A stretch of 42,023 nucleotides of DNA from Saprospiraceae bacterium. Lineage in GTDB: Bacteria > Bacteroidota > Bacteroidia > Chitinophagales > Saprospiraceae. Positions 1 to 9,632 of this stretch are shown piece after piece. Below the pieces are notes generated by a model. It did not search any database, had not been told where the DNA came from, and was given only the letters and a program-made list of their open reading frames with translations. Each line of letters begins with the position of its first letter. Position 1 is the stretch's first letter. The stretch spans positions 1 through 42,023 of the forward strand of contig JBGAWX010000001.1 in the NCBI GenBank assembly GCA_044227375.1. The letters run 5' to 3'. The translations under genes and the position numbers were made by a program.

Positions 1-73
1 CTACAGCCTACAGCCTACAGCCTACAGCCTACAGCCTACAGCCTACAGCCTACAGCCTACAGCCTACAGCCTA
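1..73. repeat. Perfect heptanucleotide tandem repeat (CTACAGC) x10.4, running off the left window edge
   Basis: Direct reading: CTACAGC repeats without mismatch from nt 1 to 70, then CTA. It ends 6 nt before the stop codon (80-82) of the minus-strand peptidase gene. On the gene strand it reads GGGATAGGCTGTAGGCTGTAGG... Confidence 0.95.
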
Positions 74-79
74 TCCCTT

Positions 80-2251
80 TCAATTTTCATTCAGCAAAGC
101 AAACATAAAAGCATATTCCATAGCAATTTCTTTTAATCGTTCAAATCGACCGGACGCACCGCCATGGCCTGCATCCAAATTCGTATAGAATAAAACCACA
201 TCGCTTTTATCTGTTCTCAATTTTCTAATCTTTGCTACCCACTTGGCCGGCTCCCAATACTGAACCTGGCTGTCCGAAAATCCTGTGGTCACTAAAAGAT
301 TTGTGTATTTTTTTGCAACGACATTGTCTACAGGAGAATACTTCTTCATGTATTCATACTCGTTTTTCTTTTCAGGATTTCCCCATTCAGTATATTCTCC
401 GGTAGTCAATGGTATTTCCGGATCTGACATGGTCGTGATGACATCCACAAACGGTACGTGAGCCAAGAGTCCTTTAAACAATTCAGGTTTCAGATTATAA
501 ACGACTCCCATCAATAAACCCCCAGCAGAACCTCCACGTCCGAACAGACGATCAGCACCCGTATATTTCTGATTAATTAAAAATTCCGCACAATCAATGT
601 AATCATTAAAGGTGTTCATTTTATTCATCATCTTTCCATCTTCATACCATTGCCAACCCTTTTCTTTACCACCCCGGATATGCGCAATAGCATAAATAAA
701 TCCCCGGTCCAGTAATGATAAAATATTGCTGCTGAATGCCGCATCCATACTGATACCATAACTTCCGTAACTGTATAAAACTGCAGGAGCAGTTCCATCC
801 CGTGTAAACCCTTTTCTATATACTAATGTAACAGGAATTTCTACTCCATCCCTTGATTTGACATGAATGTACTCGGATTGATAATTTTCCTTATCAAAAT
901 TTCCTAAAACCGGATTCTCCTTCAACAACTTCAACTCTCTTGTGTGCATGGCATAATCATATGTTGTAATGGGTGTTGTCAATGAAGTATACACAATGCG
1001 CAAGGTGTCGCTTGACAGTTCATAGTTAGCGCCCAACCAACAGTCGTAACTTGCATCCCGGAATTCAATATAATGCCCATCATTCAGATTGCTCCAGGGT
1101 AGTATGTGAATTTGATTCAATCCACTCCTACGTTCTCTCAAAACCAGCCAATTTTGAAACACTTCCATTTCTTCCATCAAAACATCATCCTGATGAGGAA
1201 TCCAATCCATCCAATGATCATACTGATAATTTTCCGCTTTAGTTTTTACGATTTTAAAATTCTTTGCCCGATCATTGGTAAGTATTAAAAATTCACCATT
1301 AAAATGTTCCATAGAATAATAAAATCCATCCTGCCTTTTCTTGACTAAAATTGGTTTGGAATGATAATCCTTTAAATCAATAAACTGGCACTCTACAGTT
1401 TCAGTATATCCTGATTGAATGAATAAATACTTTTCATCTTTTGAAGCATGTATGGAGACATAAGCGGTTTCATCTGTTTCTTCATAAACCAACGCATCCT
1501 TTTCAAATGGATGACCCAACACATGCAACCACACCTTATCCGTTCGCAATGTTTGAATATCTTTAGTGTCATAGAAAAATGCTTTGCCATCGGGTGTCCA
1601 GACAAAATCACCTGCGATGACAGGAGAATTTTGTTCCATGATCTCGCCGGACTCTAAATTTTTTACAAATGCGAGATGCAAATTCCGTCCGGTAGTATCC
1701 AGACCATACACGATGAGTTTATTGTCGGGGCTGATTTTTGGTGGTATGACATTACAAAATTTTCTGCCCTTTGCAAGTTCATTTACATTCAACATGATTT
1801 CTTCCTGTGATTCTTCCTTGCCTATTTTCTTCCTGCAATAAATTGCATATTCTTTACCAGTTTCATACCGGGTGTAATAAGAATAACCACGATACTCATA
1901 CGGCACGGTATTATCATCTTGTTTAATCCGGCTTATCATTTCTTTGTACAACTTTTCTCTGAGTTCTTTTACCGGCGCCATCACGTGCTCGAGATACTCA
2001 TTTTCTTTTTGCAAATAGGATTTGACTTCAGGATTATCCCGTTCATTAAGCCAATAATAATCATCCATCCTTACATCTTCATGAAGTATCAATTGTTTTG
2101 GCTTAACTGTTGCAACAGGTTCCGGATACTTCAAACTATTTTGCGTAATCGATCCGTCAAAATTAAAATCTAACTTTTCATTCATAATTTTTTCTTTGCA
2201 GGAAGTAAAGATCACACCATAAATAAACATCAATAAATGAATGATTTTCAT
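80..2251 (-). CDS. ptrB: S9A family serine peptidase, oligopeptidase B / protease II-like lipoprotein
   Basis: 723-aa ORF. Lipoprotein-type signal (..GVIFTSC). N-terminal S9A motif DDYYWLNERDNPEV..YLQKENEY. Catalytic Ser motif GGSAGGLL and C-terminal DAGHGG. Confidence 0.85.
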   Translation of the reverse strand: MKIIHLLMFIYGVIFTSCKEKIMNEKLDFNFDGSITQNSLKYPEPVATVKPKQLILHEDVRMDDYYWLNERDNPEVKSYLQKENEYLEHVMAPVKELREKLYKEMISRIKQDDNTVPYEYRGYSYYTRYETGKEYAIYCRKKIGKEESQEEIMLNVNELAKGRKFCNVIPPKISPDNKLIVYGLDTTGRNLHLAFVKNLESGEIMEQNSPVIAGDFVWTPDGKAFFYDTKDIQTLRTDKVWLHVLGHPFEKDALVYEETDETAYVSIHASKDEKYLFIQSGYTETVECQFIDLKDYHSKPILVKKRQDGFYYSMEHFNGEFLILTNDRAKNFKIVKTKAENYQYDHWMDWIPHQDDVLMEEMEVFQNWLVLRERRSGLNQIHILPWSNLNDGHYIEFRDASYDCWLGANYELSSDTLRIVYTSLTTPITTYDYAMHTRELKLLKENPVLGNFDKENYQSEYIHVKSRDGVEIPVTLVYRKGFTRDGTAPAVLYSYGSYGISMDAAFSSNILSLLDRGFIYAIAHIRGGKEKGWQWYEDGKMMNKMNTFNDYIDCAEFLINQKYTGADRLFGRGGSAGGLLMGVVYNLKPELFKGLLAHVPFVDVITTMSDPEIPLTTGEYTEWGNPEKKNEYEYMKKYSPVDNVVAKKYTNLLVTTGFSDSQVQYWEPAKWVAKIRKLRTDKSDVVLFYTNLDAGHGGASGRFERLKEIAMEYAFMFALLNEN

Positions 2252-2271
2252 TCAAAGTAATAAATTGGATG

Positions 2272-2279
2272 CAAAAGTA
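2272..2279 (-). promoter_or_regulatory. Bacteroidota-type -7 promoter box (TACTTTTG) for the S9 peptidase gene
   Basis: The minus strand reads TACTTTTG, matching the TAnnTTTG consensus, 20 nt upstream of the ATG at 2251. Confidence 0.45.
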
Positions 2280-2344
2280 TTAAAAAGCAGTCAAATCAGG
2301 ACGTAAAGTCCAAACTGATAAATGAATTTGAGAAAGTCTAAGAA

Positions 2345-4129
2345 TTAGATTTTTATGAATTTATAAAAACTTGGTTTGTGGTTACCATTGTATAAAATCA
2401 AAGTATAAACTCCGTTTATAAGGTTTTCAATTTTTACCACCTTGCTATTTGAAAGATTTGTAAATTCCTGAGTCATCATTCCCAGTGAATTCACAATTGC
2501 ATATTTCAAATGAAGCCCGGCCTCGTTTGGTCTTCCAATAACATGCAATTCATCTGAACTAATTGTGGGTGTTATTTCCACTTTTTCCAATTCGCCATCA
2601 ACTGTTGATGTAGCCAATGATCTCTTATCAAGTATCATTCTATATTGTTGATAAGAATGTTCGAATCCACCTGCAAATAGTCTGATAAAAAAATCACCTG
2701 AAGTTGAATTATTAATAAAGCTAATTCTTGCAGAGTCACGAACATGCATGCTTTGCAATTTAAGGTTTGGGCTTTTAATTATTGCTTCTTCGAAATGAAT
2801 ATCACTTGGGATTGAATCCAAACTGATATACAGCGTGTCAGATTTTTGAAGAAATATTTTATACAAATCGGTGTCTTGAAAACTAGCCAGTGCAGCATAA
2901 ACTGTATCCTTTCCGGAAACTGGAGTTGCCGTTTGGTATGTATTATTGCATTCATACTCATCAGGAAATACGTTATGTAACTGCATTTGGTAATTAGTAA
3001 ATTTGCCATTGCGATTGCAATCGTTGTTGGTCCGATCTTCAAGTTTCATGTAATAAATCCCTGTATCGCACAATGAATAATCAGTGCCATTGGCCAATCC
3101 ACCGGGCCCGTAATAATAGCTTTGAAAGATTTCATTTTTGCCCTGGTTTAAAATGGTAATTCCATATTGAAAAAAAGTATCCGGACGTTGGAAATCAATA
3201 TCAAAAATTCCTGTTTGCGCGATACGAAAAGTATACCAATCCAAATCTTTGCCGCTTGAAAATGCAGAAATGTTTTGTCTGTTTTCTATTGGATAGGCAT
3301 GATCAGAATCTTGATTACATTCCGTTGAGTCTGCTGTAAATTTTACAATGAGTTGATATGGATCTTCAGTATATGGGGAAATGGTAGAATTTCTAGTTAT
3401 TAAAATGTAATAAATACCCGGATCACAGATAAGTGTTTGAAGACATTCCATAGGTACTCCGGGATCATCACAACAGTTACCAGCAAATAATTGCCGTATG
3501 GAATCATAAATAAATACGCGAATTGACGTACCAAAAGGAACTAAGGGCAATTTTGTATCAAGGATACCTTTGGCCGGAACAATGACCTTATAGTAATCCA
3601 CATCATAAAAAAAATTGGATTTAAATTCCGTACCTTGAAGATAAGCCGTTACTAAATTATCCAATGGAATATCCGTGGCGGTTTCAAATGTATTATTGTA
3701 TTCAAATGGGTCATCCGTATTTCTTGAAATTGAGAGTGTATAATTGTCAACACTTATGGTTCCCTGGGTAAGCTGTAAATTAATATATTGTTTCCCTGTA
3801 TCCGTAAGAAAAAAAACAAATTTTCTTAAGTAACCCTGTTGATAAATGCTTTGAAGACTATATCCATAATTGCAGTTGGGAAAATTTTGAACCGTCAGCT
3901 TGATTTGCAAAGTGCTATCCGGGTGCTGAACTTCTACGACGTACAACCCGACCTGCGCAATGGTAAATGAAAAATAATCTTTATCATTCGGCAAGGAAAA
4001 ATTGCCGGTTATTGAAGTGCCAAGATTAACAGGATTAGCAGTCAAGCAGTCTCCATTTGGTTCAACTTCAGCAAAAAGAGATCTAGTAGATAATAAAAAC
4101 AGGATGATAATGCTAAGAGGCGATTTCAT
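2345..4129 (-). CDS. Secreted T9SS cargo protein with four pre-peptidase C-terminal (PPC)-like repeats
   Basis: 594 aa with a signal peptide (..RSLFAEV). Four repeats follow the pattern N(G/N)..xA..(~25 aa)..D(x)D(Y/W)(Y/F)xF. Examples: EPNGDCLTANPV..DKDYFSF, YNNTFETATDI..DVDYYKV, DSDHAYPI..DLDWYTF, CNNTYQTATPV..DTDLYKI. The C-terminal ~80 aa resemble a T9SS sorting domain (..INGVYTLILYN..FYKFIKI). Confidence 0.7.
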   Translation of the reverse strand: MKSPLSIIILFLLSTRSLFAEVEPNGDCLTANPVNLGTSITGNFSLPNDKDYFSFTIAQVGLYVVEVQHPDSTLQIKLTVQNFPNCNYGYSLQSIYQQGYLRKFVFFLTDTGKQYINLQLTQGTISVDNYTLSISRNTDDPFEYNNTFETATDIPLDNLVTAYLQGTEFKSNFFYDVDYYKVIVPAKGILDTKLPLVPFGTSIRVFIYDSIRQLFAGNCCDDPGVPMECLQTLICDPGIYYILITRNSTISPYTEDPYQLIVKFTADSTECNQDSDHAYPIENRQNISAFSSGKDLDWYTFRIAQTGIFDIDFQRPDTFFQYGITILNQGKNEIFQSYYYGPGGLANGTDYSLCDTGIYYMKLEDRTNNDCNRNGKFTNYQMQLHNVFPDEYECNNTYQTATPVSGKDTVYAALASFQDTDLYKIFLQKSDTLYISLDSIPSDIHFEEAIIKSPNLKLQSMHVRDSARISFINNSTSGDFFIRLFAGGFEHSYQQYRMILDKRSLATSTVDGELEKVEITPTISSDELHVIGRPNEAGLHLKYAIVNSLGMMTQEFTNLSNSKVVKIENLINGVYTLILYNGNHKPSFYKFIKI

Positions 4130-4250
4130 AATATAGGGTTTAGTCAGCGAATATAAGCATCTTCAACTGAACTTCATTATTTATGGCTTTTTTAAATTTT
4201 TTGGTTTCTTAAACCTTACAGTCTTCTCCAAATGCTTACTGCATTTTCCC

Positions 4251-4258
4251 TACCTTTG
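4251..4258 (+). promoter_or_regulatory. -7 promoter box (TACCTTTG) upstream of dnaE
   Basis: TAnnTTTG match 24 nt upstream of the dnaE ATG (4282). Confidence 0.45.
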
Positions 4259-4281
4259 TACCTCATTCCACACTCAAGACC

Positions 4282-7200
4282 ATGTCCTCATTTGTTCACC
4301 TTCATTGTCATACCCAGTTTTCACTATTAGACGGAGCTACTGATATTGCTTCGATGATGAAGAAAGCAGCGGCTGATGGCCAAAAAGCAGTCGCCCTTAC
4401 AGATCATGGAAACATGTTCGGTTGTTTCAGTTTTGTAAAAGAAGCAAAGGCAAATGGAATCAAACCTATTTTAGGTTGCGAGTTTTATCTGGTCCCTGAT
4501 CGGCATAAGCACAGTTTTCTAAAAAGCGGTGGAGAAAAAGATGAACGTTACCATCAACTCTTACTTGCCAAAAACCAAATCGGTTACGAGAACCTTTCCA
4601 AACTTTGCTCGCTGGGTTACATCGAAGGTTTATATGGAAAATTTCCACGTATTGACAAGGAGTTGCTTTTAAAATATCATGAAGGCATCATAGCGACCAG
4701 CTGTTGCATTGGTGCTGAACTCCCTCAAACGATTGTAAAAGGTGATCATGCAGGTGCAGAAAAAAAACTGAAATGGTGGCTGGATCTTTTTGGTGAAGAT
4801 TACTATATCGAAATTCAAAGACACAGAGGTTGTGAAGACATTGATGGTTCCGGAGTAAGCCAGGAGCATATCAACAAGATTCTTTTAGGATTTGCTGCAA
4901 AACACAATGTAAAAGTAATCGTCACCAACGACGTCCATTACCTTGAAGAGGAAGATTATCAACCACACGATGTGTTGTTGTGCATCAATACCAATTCCAA
5001 TGTAGAAGAGGTTGACCGTTTCAGTTTTCCCAGTTCGGATTTTTATTTTAAAACAACCAGGGAAATGCAAAAGCATTTTTCTGATATTCCCTTCGCAGTG
5101 GAGCAAACTGTAGAAATTGCAGAGCGATGTTTCACACCCAATCTCGAACGGGATGTTCTGCTTCCCAACTTTCCGATTCCTTCCAACTTTAAAAATCAGA
5201 ATGCATATCTCGAACACCTCGTTTATGAAGGTGCGAAGAAACGATATGGACATTTGGACCAGGTATTGCAGCAACGGATCGAATTTGAACTTTCAGTAAT
5301 TGAAAAAATGAAATTTGCAGGATATTTCCTTATTGTGCAGGATTTCATTCATGCTGCAAGAGAATTGGGAGTAAGTGTTGGACCCGGAAGAGGATCTGCA
5401 GCAGGATCTGCTGTTGCATATTGTTTATACATCACGGACATCGATCCCATAAAATACAATTTACTTTTCGAGCGATTTTTAAATCCAGAACGAATCTCAT
5501 GGCCTGATATTGATATCGACTTTGATGATAAGGGGCGACAAAAAGTGATTGACTATGTTGTACAGAAATATGGTCGCAATCAGGTTGCACAAATAGTAAC
5601 TTTTGGAACCATGGCAGCGAAATCTTCCATTCGAGATGTTGCACGTGTTAAACAATTGGATCTTGGTTCGTCTGACCGACTTGCAAAATTGGTTCCTGCA
5701 CGTCCCGGTGTTAATCTCAAAACAATACTCGATGAGAAAATTCCAATTGGTGAAGAGTTTACACCGGATGAAAAAAAGAAAATACAGGATCTCCGTCATG
5801 TACTGAAAGTTCCGGGTCTTGAATCCGATGTCTTGCGCATGGCCATGAAACTCGAAGGTTCAGTAAGAAATACAGGAGTACATGCTGCTGGGATCATTAT
5901 TGCTCCAGATGAAATTACCCGATTCATTCCTGTGTGCACTGCAAAAGATACCGATTTGCTGGTGACTCAAATAGAAGGCAATGTGATTGAATATACAGGA
6001 TTGCTCAAGATGGACTTTTTGGGATTGAGCACTTTAACCATTATAGACAATACGATTCAAAATATTGTAAAACGATTTGGCGAGGATAAACGAATCAAAC
6101 TCGAAGACATTCCTTTAGATGATCCGCAAACTCTGGAAATTTTTCAAAAAGGGCAAACCATCGGATTGTTTCAGTTTGAAAGTGAAGGCATGCGTTCCAA
6201 TCTGAAGAATTTAAAACCTTCAGGTATCGAAGATATTATTGCCATGAACGCCTTGTTTAGACCCGGACCAATGGCATTCATAGATGAATTCATAGCCAGA
6301 AAAAATAAAAAAGTTCCTGTAGAATATCCGCATATCTGGTTGAAAGAAATTCTCGAACCAACATACGGCATCATGGTTTACCAGGAGCAAATCATGCAAG
6401 CCGCACAAATCATGGCCGATTATTCCCTTGGTGAAGCCGATGTGTTGAGAAGAGCCATGGGTAAAAAGAAAAAGGAAGAAATGGACAAACAAAGCAGTTT
6501 GTTTGTAGAACGTGCTGGTAAAAAAGGAATCGAAGAAAAAAAGGCCAAAGATATTTTTGATGTAATGGCAAAATTTGCAGCGTATGGATTCAACAGGTCC
6601 CATGCTGCAGCATATTCTATTCTCGCTTTTCAAACTGCCTATCTAAAAGCCCATTATCCTGCTGAATTTATGGCTGCGGTACTCACTGCAAATAAAAACA
6701 ATGTTACCGATCTTAGCATTTATCTCAATGAATGTCAACAGATGAAGCTGACTGTCCTGGGTCCGGACATTAATGAATCTGAATTAGAGTTTACAGTAAA
6801 TGCTAAAGGTCAGATTCGTTTTGGTTTGTCTGCCATGAAAGGAGTTGGTGAAGGACCGGTTACTGAAATTCTTAAAGAACGAAATGAGAACGGGATGTTC
6901 AAAGATTTTGTGGATATGATTAAGCGATTGAATTCCAGAGTCTTTAATAAAAAAGTGATTGAGAGTTGTGTATATGGTGGTGCTTTTGACTGCTTTCCAA
7001 ATTTGCATCGCGCTCAGTATTTTGCACCCGTTGATAAATATCCAACGTATATTGAATGCATGATCCGCTGGGGTAATCAATATCAACTCTCCATAGAAAA
7101 CCAACAAGCATCTTTGTTTGGTGAATCCAATCAAGATGACATTGAAGCCCCAAAAGCATCCGTTTGTGCACCCTGGAACAGTCTTGAAAAACTTGCTCAT

Positions 7201-7830
7201 GAAGTTGAAATTGCAGGTATCTATTTGAGTGCACATCCTTTGGACGATTACAAACTCGAACTGAAGTATGCCGCCACGGTAAGCATTGATAAACTTGAAA
7301 AATTTAAAGAAGACGACATCTCCGGTGTCCGGCACCGCTTGTGCGGAATCATCACCGATGTACAGCATCGCACCAATCAAAAAGGAGAGGGATTTGGCAT
7401 AATTAAACTACAGGATTACTTTGGAAGCATTACCATCAGACTATTCAAAGAACAATACCTGCAATACAAAGGACTTTTGAACAATGGTGTTGCGGTCATG
7501 GTCGAAGGATCCTATGAAAAATCAACCTGGAAACAGAATGAAGATGAATGGGTATTTAAAGTTACAAATATGATCTTGTTGTCTTCAGCTCTAGAACATA
7601 TCGTAAAAAAGTTTATGGTCTATGTGCGACTGGATTCCATTTCAGATGAATTAATTCAAAAAATTGATGCCCTAGTCAAGAAAAACAAAGGCAATCTTTT
7701 ACTAAAATTACAGTTGGTAGATATCGCCAATGAACAACAACTTGCAATGGTTGCCACAAAAAAAGTAAGTGTCAGCAGTGAACTGTTGATGGAGCTGGAA
7801 GAACTTGGATTAAATTATAAGCTCAATTAA
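4282..7830 (+). CDS. dnaE: DNA polymerase III alpha subunit
   Basis: 1182 aa. PHP domain start HLHCHTQFSLLDG. Polymerase core motifs FLIVQDF, GPGRGSAAGS and PDIDIDF. C-terminal OB-fold region. Confidence 0.97.
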   Translation: MSSFVHLHCHTQFSLLDGATDIASMMKKAAADGQKAVALTDHGNMFGCFSFVKEAKANGIKPILGCEFYLVPDRHKHSFLKSGGEKDERYHQLLLAKNQIGYENLSKLCSLGYIEGLYGKFPRIDKELLLKYHEGIIATSCCIGAELPQTIVKGDHAGAEKKLKWWLDLFGEDYYIEIQRHRGCEDIDGSGVSQEHINKILLGFAAKHNVKVIVTNDVHYLEEEDYQPHDVLLCINTNSNVEEVDRFSFPSSDFYFKTTREMQKHFSDIPFAVEQTVEIAERCFTPNLERDVLLPNFPIPSNFKNQNAYLEHLVYEGAKKRYGHLDQVLQQRIEFELSVIEKMKFAGYFLIVQDFIHAARELGVSVGPGRGSAAGSAVAYCLYITDIDPIKYNLLFERFLNPERISWPDIDIDFDDKGRQKVIDYVVQKYGRNQVAQIVTFGTMAAKSSIRDVARVKQLDLGSSDRLAKLVPARPGVNLKTILDEKIPIGEEFTPDEKKKIQDLRHVLKVPGLESDVLRMAMKLEGSVRNTGVHAAGIIIAPDEITRFIPVCTAKDTDLLVTQIEGNVIEYTGLLKMDFLGLSTLTIIDNTIQNIVKRFGEDKRIKLEDIPLDDPQTLEIFQKGQTIGLFQFESEGMRSNLKNLKPSGIEDIIAMNALFRPGPMAFIDEFIARKNKKVPVEYPHIWLKEILEPTYGIMVYQEQIMQAAQIMADYSLGEADVLRRAMGKKKKEEMDKQSSLFVERAGKKGIEEKKAKDIFDVMAKFAAYGFNRSHAAAYSILAFQTAYLKAHYPAEFMAAVLTANKNNVTDLSIYLNECQQMKLTVLGPDINESELEFTVNAKGQIRFGLSAMKGVGEGPVTEILKERNENGMFKDFVDMIKRLNSRVFNKKVIESCVYGGAFDCFPNLHRAQYFAPVDKYPTYIECMIRWGNQYQLSIENQQASLFGESNQDDIEAPKASVCAPWNSLEKLAHEVEIAGIYLSAHPLDDYKLELKYAATVSIDKLEKFKEDDISGVRHRLCGIITDVQHRTNQKGEGFGIIKLQDYFGSITIRLFKEQYLQYKGLLNNGVAVMVEGSYEKSTWKQNEDEWVFKVTNMILLSSALEHIVKKFMVYVRLDSISDELIQKIDALVKKNKGNLLLKLQLVDIANEQQLAMVATKKVSVSSELLMELEELGLNYKLN

Positions 7831-7834
7831 ACCG

Positions 7835-8809
7835 ATGAAAATCAAATCTGCATTCATCATCATTTCTCAATTGGTGTTTTCTTCTCTGCTGTTTTCACAG
7901 GCATTTGATGAATTTACCATAGATAAGGAAGTCATCATCTTTGCAAAAAAGGAATTCAAGGAGTTAAAAAATTTTGACCTCGGAATCGAATGTCCTGAAG
8001 AAGAAAATCAATGGTATCTCGATTCCCTTGAATATTCACCTTGGTTTGTTGGAGATTTTAATGGAGATGAAATCCCTGATTTGTTTATGACCGGTCAGGA
8101 AAAAAAAGAACAGGCAAATTATATTATCCTTGGTAAAGATGATCTCGACGAAGAATCTAATTTTTCATTAATACCGGTTTATGCTCCAAAGAACAGGGGT
8201 AATTTATTGATTCCATTTATTGAAGACAGCCGGAAAGGTCCAATGATAATCTTCAAACATTTTGAAACCACCGTCCGGACGGAAACCAGAAATGGAATGG
8301 AGGTTCGGGTGCCCCGGACTTATCAGGATTATTATAAAATGGGCTTGATTAAAAAAGATACCCTGGTCTATAAGTTTGGTGGAATATTAGAATATAATCC
8401 CAGGCCGGTTACTAAAGAAATTCGCTTTATTCAAATCCATTCCTTTTGTCAGTTTGGTGGATGCCCTGATTACCGTATGAAAATAGATAGTGCGAGGAAT
8501 ATGATTTTATCAAATATCAAAAATACAGACCAGGATATCGGAAAATATACTTCCTTTTGTGCTGAAAATAAGTTTAAACAGATCTTCGATTTGGCGAACT
8601 ACATCAGAATGAATAAATCCAGTCAGAAATTCGGAGAAGAAAGTGCTGATCACGTCTTTACTGTGATCATTACATATCAGGATAATTCTGCCGTTACCTG
8701 GTATGATTACGAACAAGGTGCATCTTTAGCCATAAGCCAACTTTACGAATTGATACATCAGGTCAAGTCATCTGCAAGCTGGGAGTTTAAAGAAGCAGAT
8801 CCGGAATAA
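7835..8809 (+). CDS. Hypothetical secreted protein, probably co-transcribed with dnaE
   Basis: 324-aa ORF starting 4 nt after the dnaE stop. Signal peptide (..SLLFSQAF). One FG-GAP/VCBS-like motif (VGDFNGDEIPDLF). No family recognised. Confidence 0.6.
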   Translation: MKIKSAFIIISQLVFSSLLFSQAFDEFTIDKEVIIFAKKEFKELKNFDLGIECPEEENQWYLDSLEYSPWFVGDFNGDEIPDLFMTGQEKKEQANYIILGKDDLDEESNFSLIPVYAPKNRGNLLIPFIEDSRKGPMIIFKHFETTVRTETRNGMEVRVPRTYQDYYKMGLIKKDTLVYKFGGILEYNPRPVTKEIRFIQIHSFCQFGGCPDYRMKIDSARNMILSNIKNTDQDIGKYTSFCAENKFKQIFDLANYIRMNKSSQKFGEESADHVFTVIITYQDNSAVTWYDYEQGASLAISQLYELIHQVKSSASWEFKEADPE

Positions 8810-8833
8810 ATTCTTTCACTATTTGTCAGTATT

Positions 8834-8994
8834 GCAAAACGGAGTTTTGCGGACACTCAGTCGTAGGCATAGCCTACGCCTAGCTCTTTAATAAATCAGC
8901 TCAATAGAAATTATTGTTGGGCGTAGGCTACGCCTACGTCCGTGCGTCTGGCAAACTCCGTTTGCCGAATGAAGATGCTTTGAAAACAAATTTT
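8834..8994. repeat. REPIN-like inverted doublet of REP units, upstream copy
   Basis: Left arm: hairpin GCAAAAC-GGA-GTTTTGC (8834-8850) plus hairpin CGTAGGC-ATA-GCCTACG (8862-8878). Right arm is the approximate reverse complement: CGTAGGC-TAC-GCCTACG (8922-8938) plus GGCAAAC-TCC-GTTTGCC (8950-8966). A conserved tail follows: GAATGAAGATGCTTTGAAAACAAATTTT. A near copy lies at 10012-10170. Confidence 0.85.
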
Positions 8995-9055
8995 TACGAT
9001 AAATTTTTCTTCATGCTATTACTATTTTCTATTTTGCTTTTAAATTCTTTACACT

Positions 9056-9628
9056 ATGAGCACCGGATATCAAATCGATAATCAGGAGGGATTTTATTTC
9101 CTGACATTTCAAGTTGTTCACTGGGTCCACATTTTTTCCAGAAAGATTTACAGAGATCTTGTTATTAAAAGTTTGGATTATTGCCGAAAAAATAAAGGAT
9201 TGCAAATATGGGCTTATGTGATAATGACAAATCATATACATGCCATCATGAGTGCAAAAGATAACAATCTCTCTAATTTAGTAAGAGACTTTAAGCGTTA
9301 TACTGCAACTCATATCCTAAAAGAAATTCAAAATATATCGGAAAGCAGAAGGGACTGGATGACGAAAAGATTTGAATTTGCTGCACGTAGTCATCGACGC
9401 AACTCAGAAATGCAATTTTGGACTCATGAAAATCACGCTAGAGAATTAGTTTCCATGGAATTTTTATGCCAGAAATTAGCTTACATTCATGAAAATCCTA
9501 TACGCGCTGGATGGGTAGAAAATGCTGAAGATTGGATATACAGTAGTGAAAGAAATTACATTGGTAAAGACTCCATTTTGGAAATTGATTTATTGGATTT
9601 GGGCAATGATTATAAAACCAGTTTATAA
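9056..9628 (+). CDS. IS200-like HUH/Y1 transposase, REP-associated tyrosine transposase (RAYT) type
   Basis: 190 aa. HUH motif in VIMTNHIHAIM. Conserved C-terminal AYIHENPIRAGWV..DWIYSS typical of the Y1_Tnp (PF01797-type) family. No tnpB partner. Flanked on both sides by REP hairpin repeats. Confidence 0.8.
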   Translation: MSTGYQIDNQEGFYFLTFQVVHWVHIFSRKIYRDLVIKSLDYCRKNKGLQIWAYVIMTNHIHAIMSAKDNNLSNLVRDFKRYTATHILKEIQNISESRRDWMTKRFEFAARSHRRNSEMQFWTHENHARELVSMEFLCQKLAYIHENPIRAGWVENAEDWIYSSERNYIGKDSILEIDLLDLGNDYKTSL

Positions 9629-9632
9629 TCAC

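Noticed and set aside
4466-7380. Numerous 60-200-aa ORFs antisense to or out of frame within dnaE, with similar embedded ORFs inside ptrB, rho, serS, galK, lysA and others
   Set aside because: They are fully contained in long, motif-supported genes and have the skewed composition typical of antisense frames in AT-rich DNA.
9056-9628. An ordinary autonomous IS200/IS605 insertion sequence
   Set aside because: There is no tnpB/accessory ORF. The flanks are multi-copy REP hairpin modules rather than the distinct left-end and right-end subterminal hairpins of IS200/IS605. I treat it as a RAYT-type gene, pending genome-wide copy counts.
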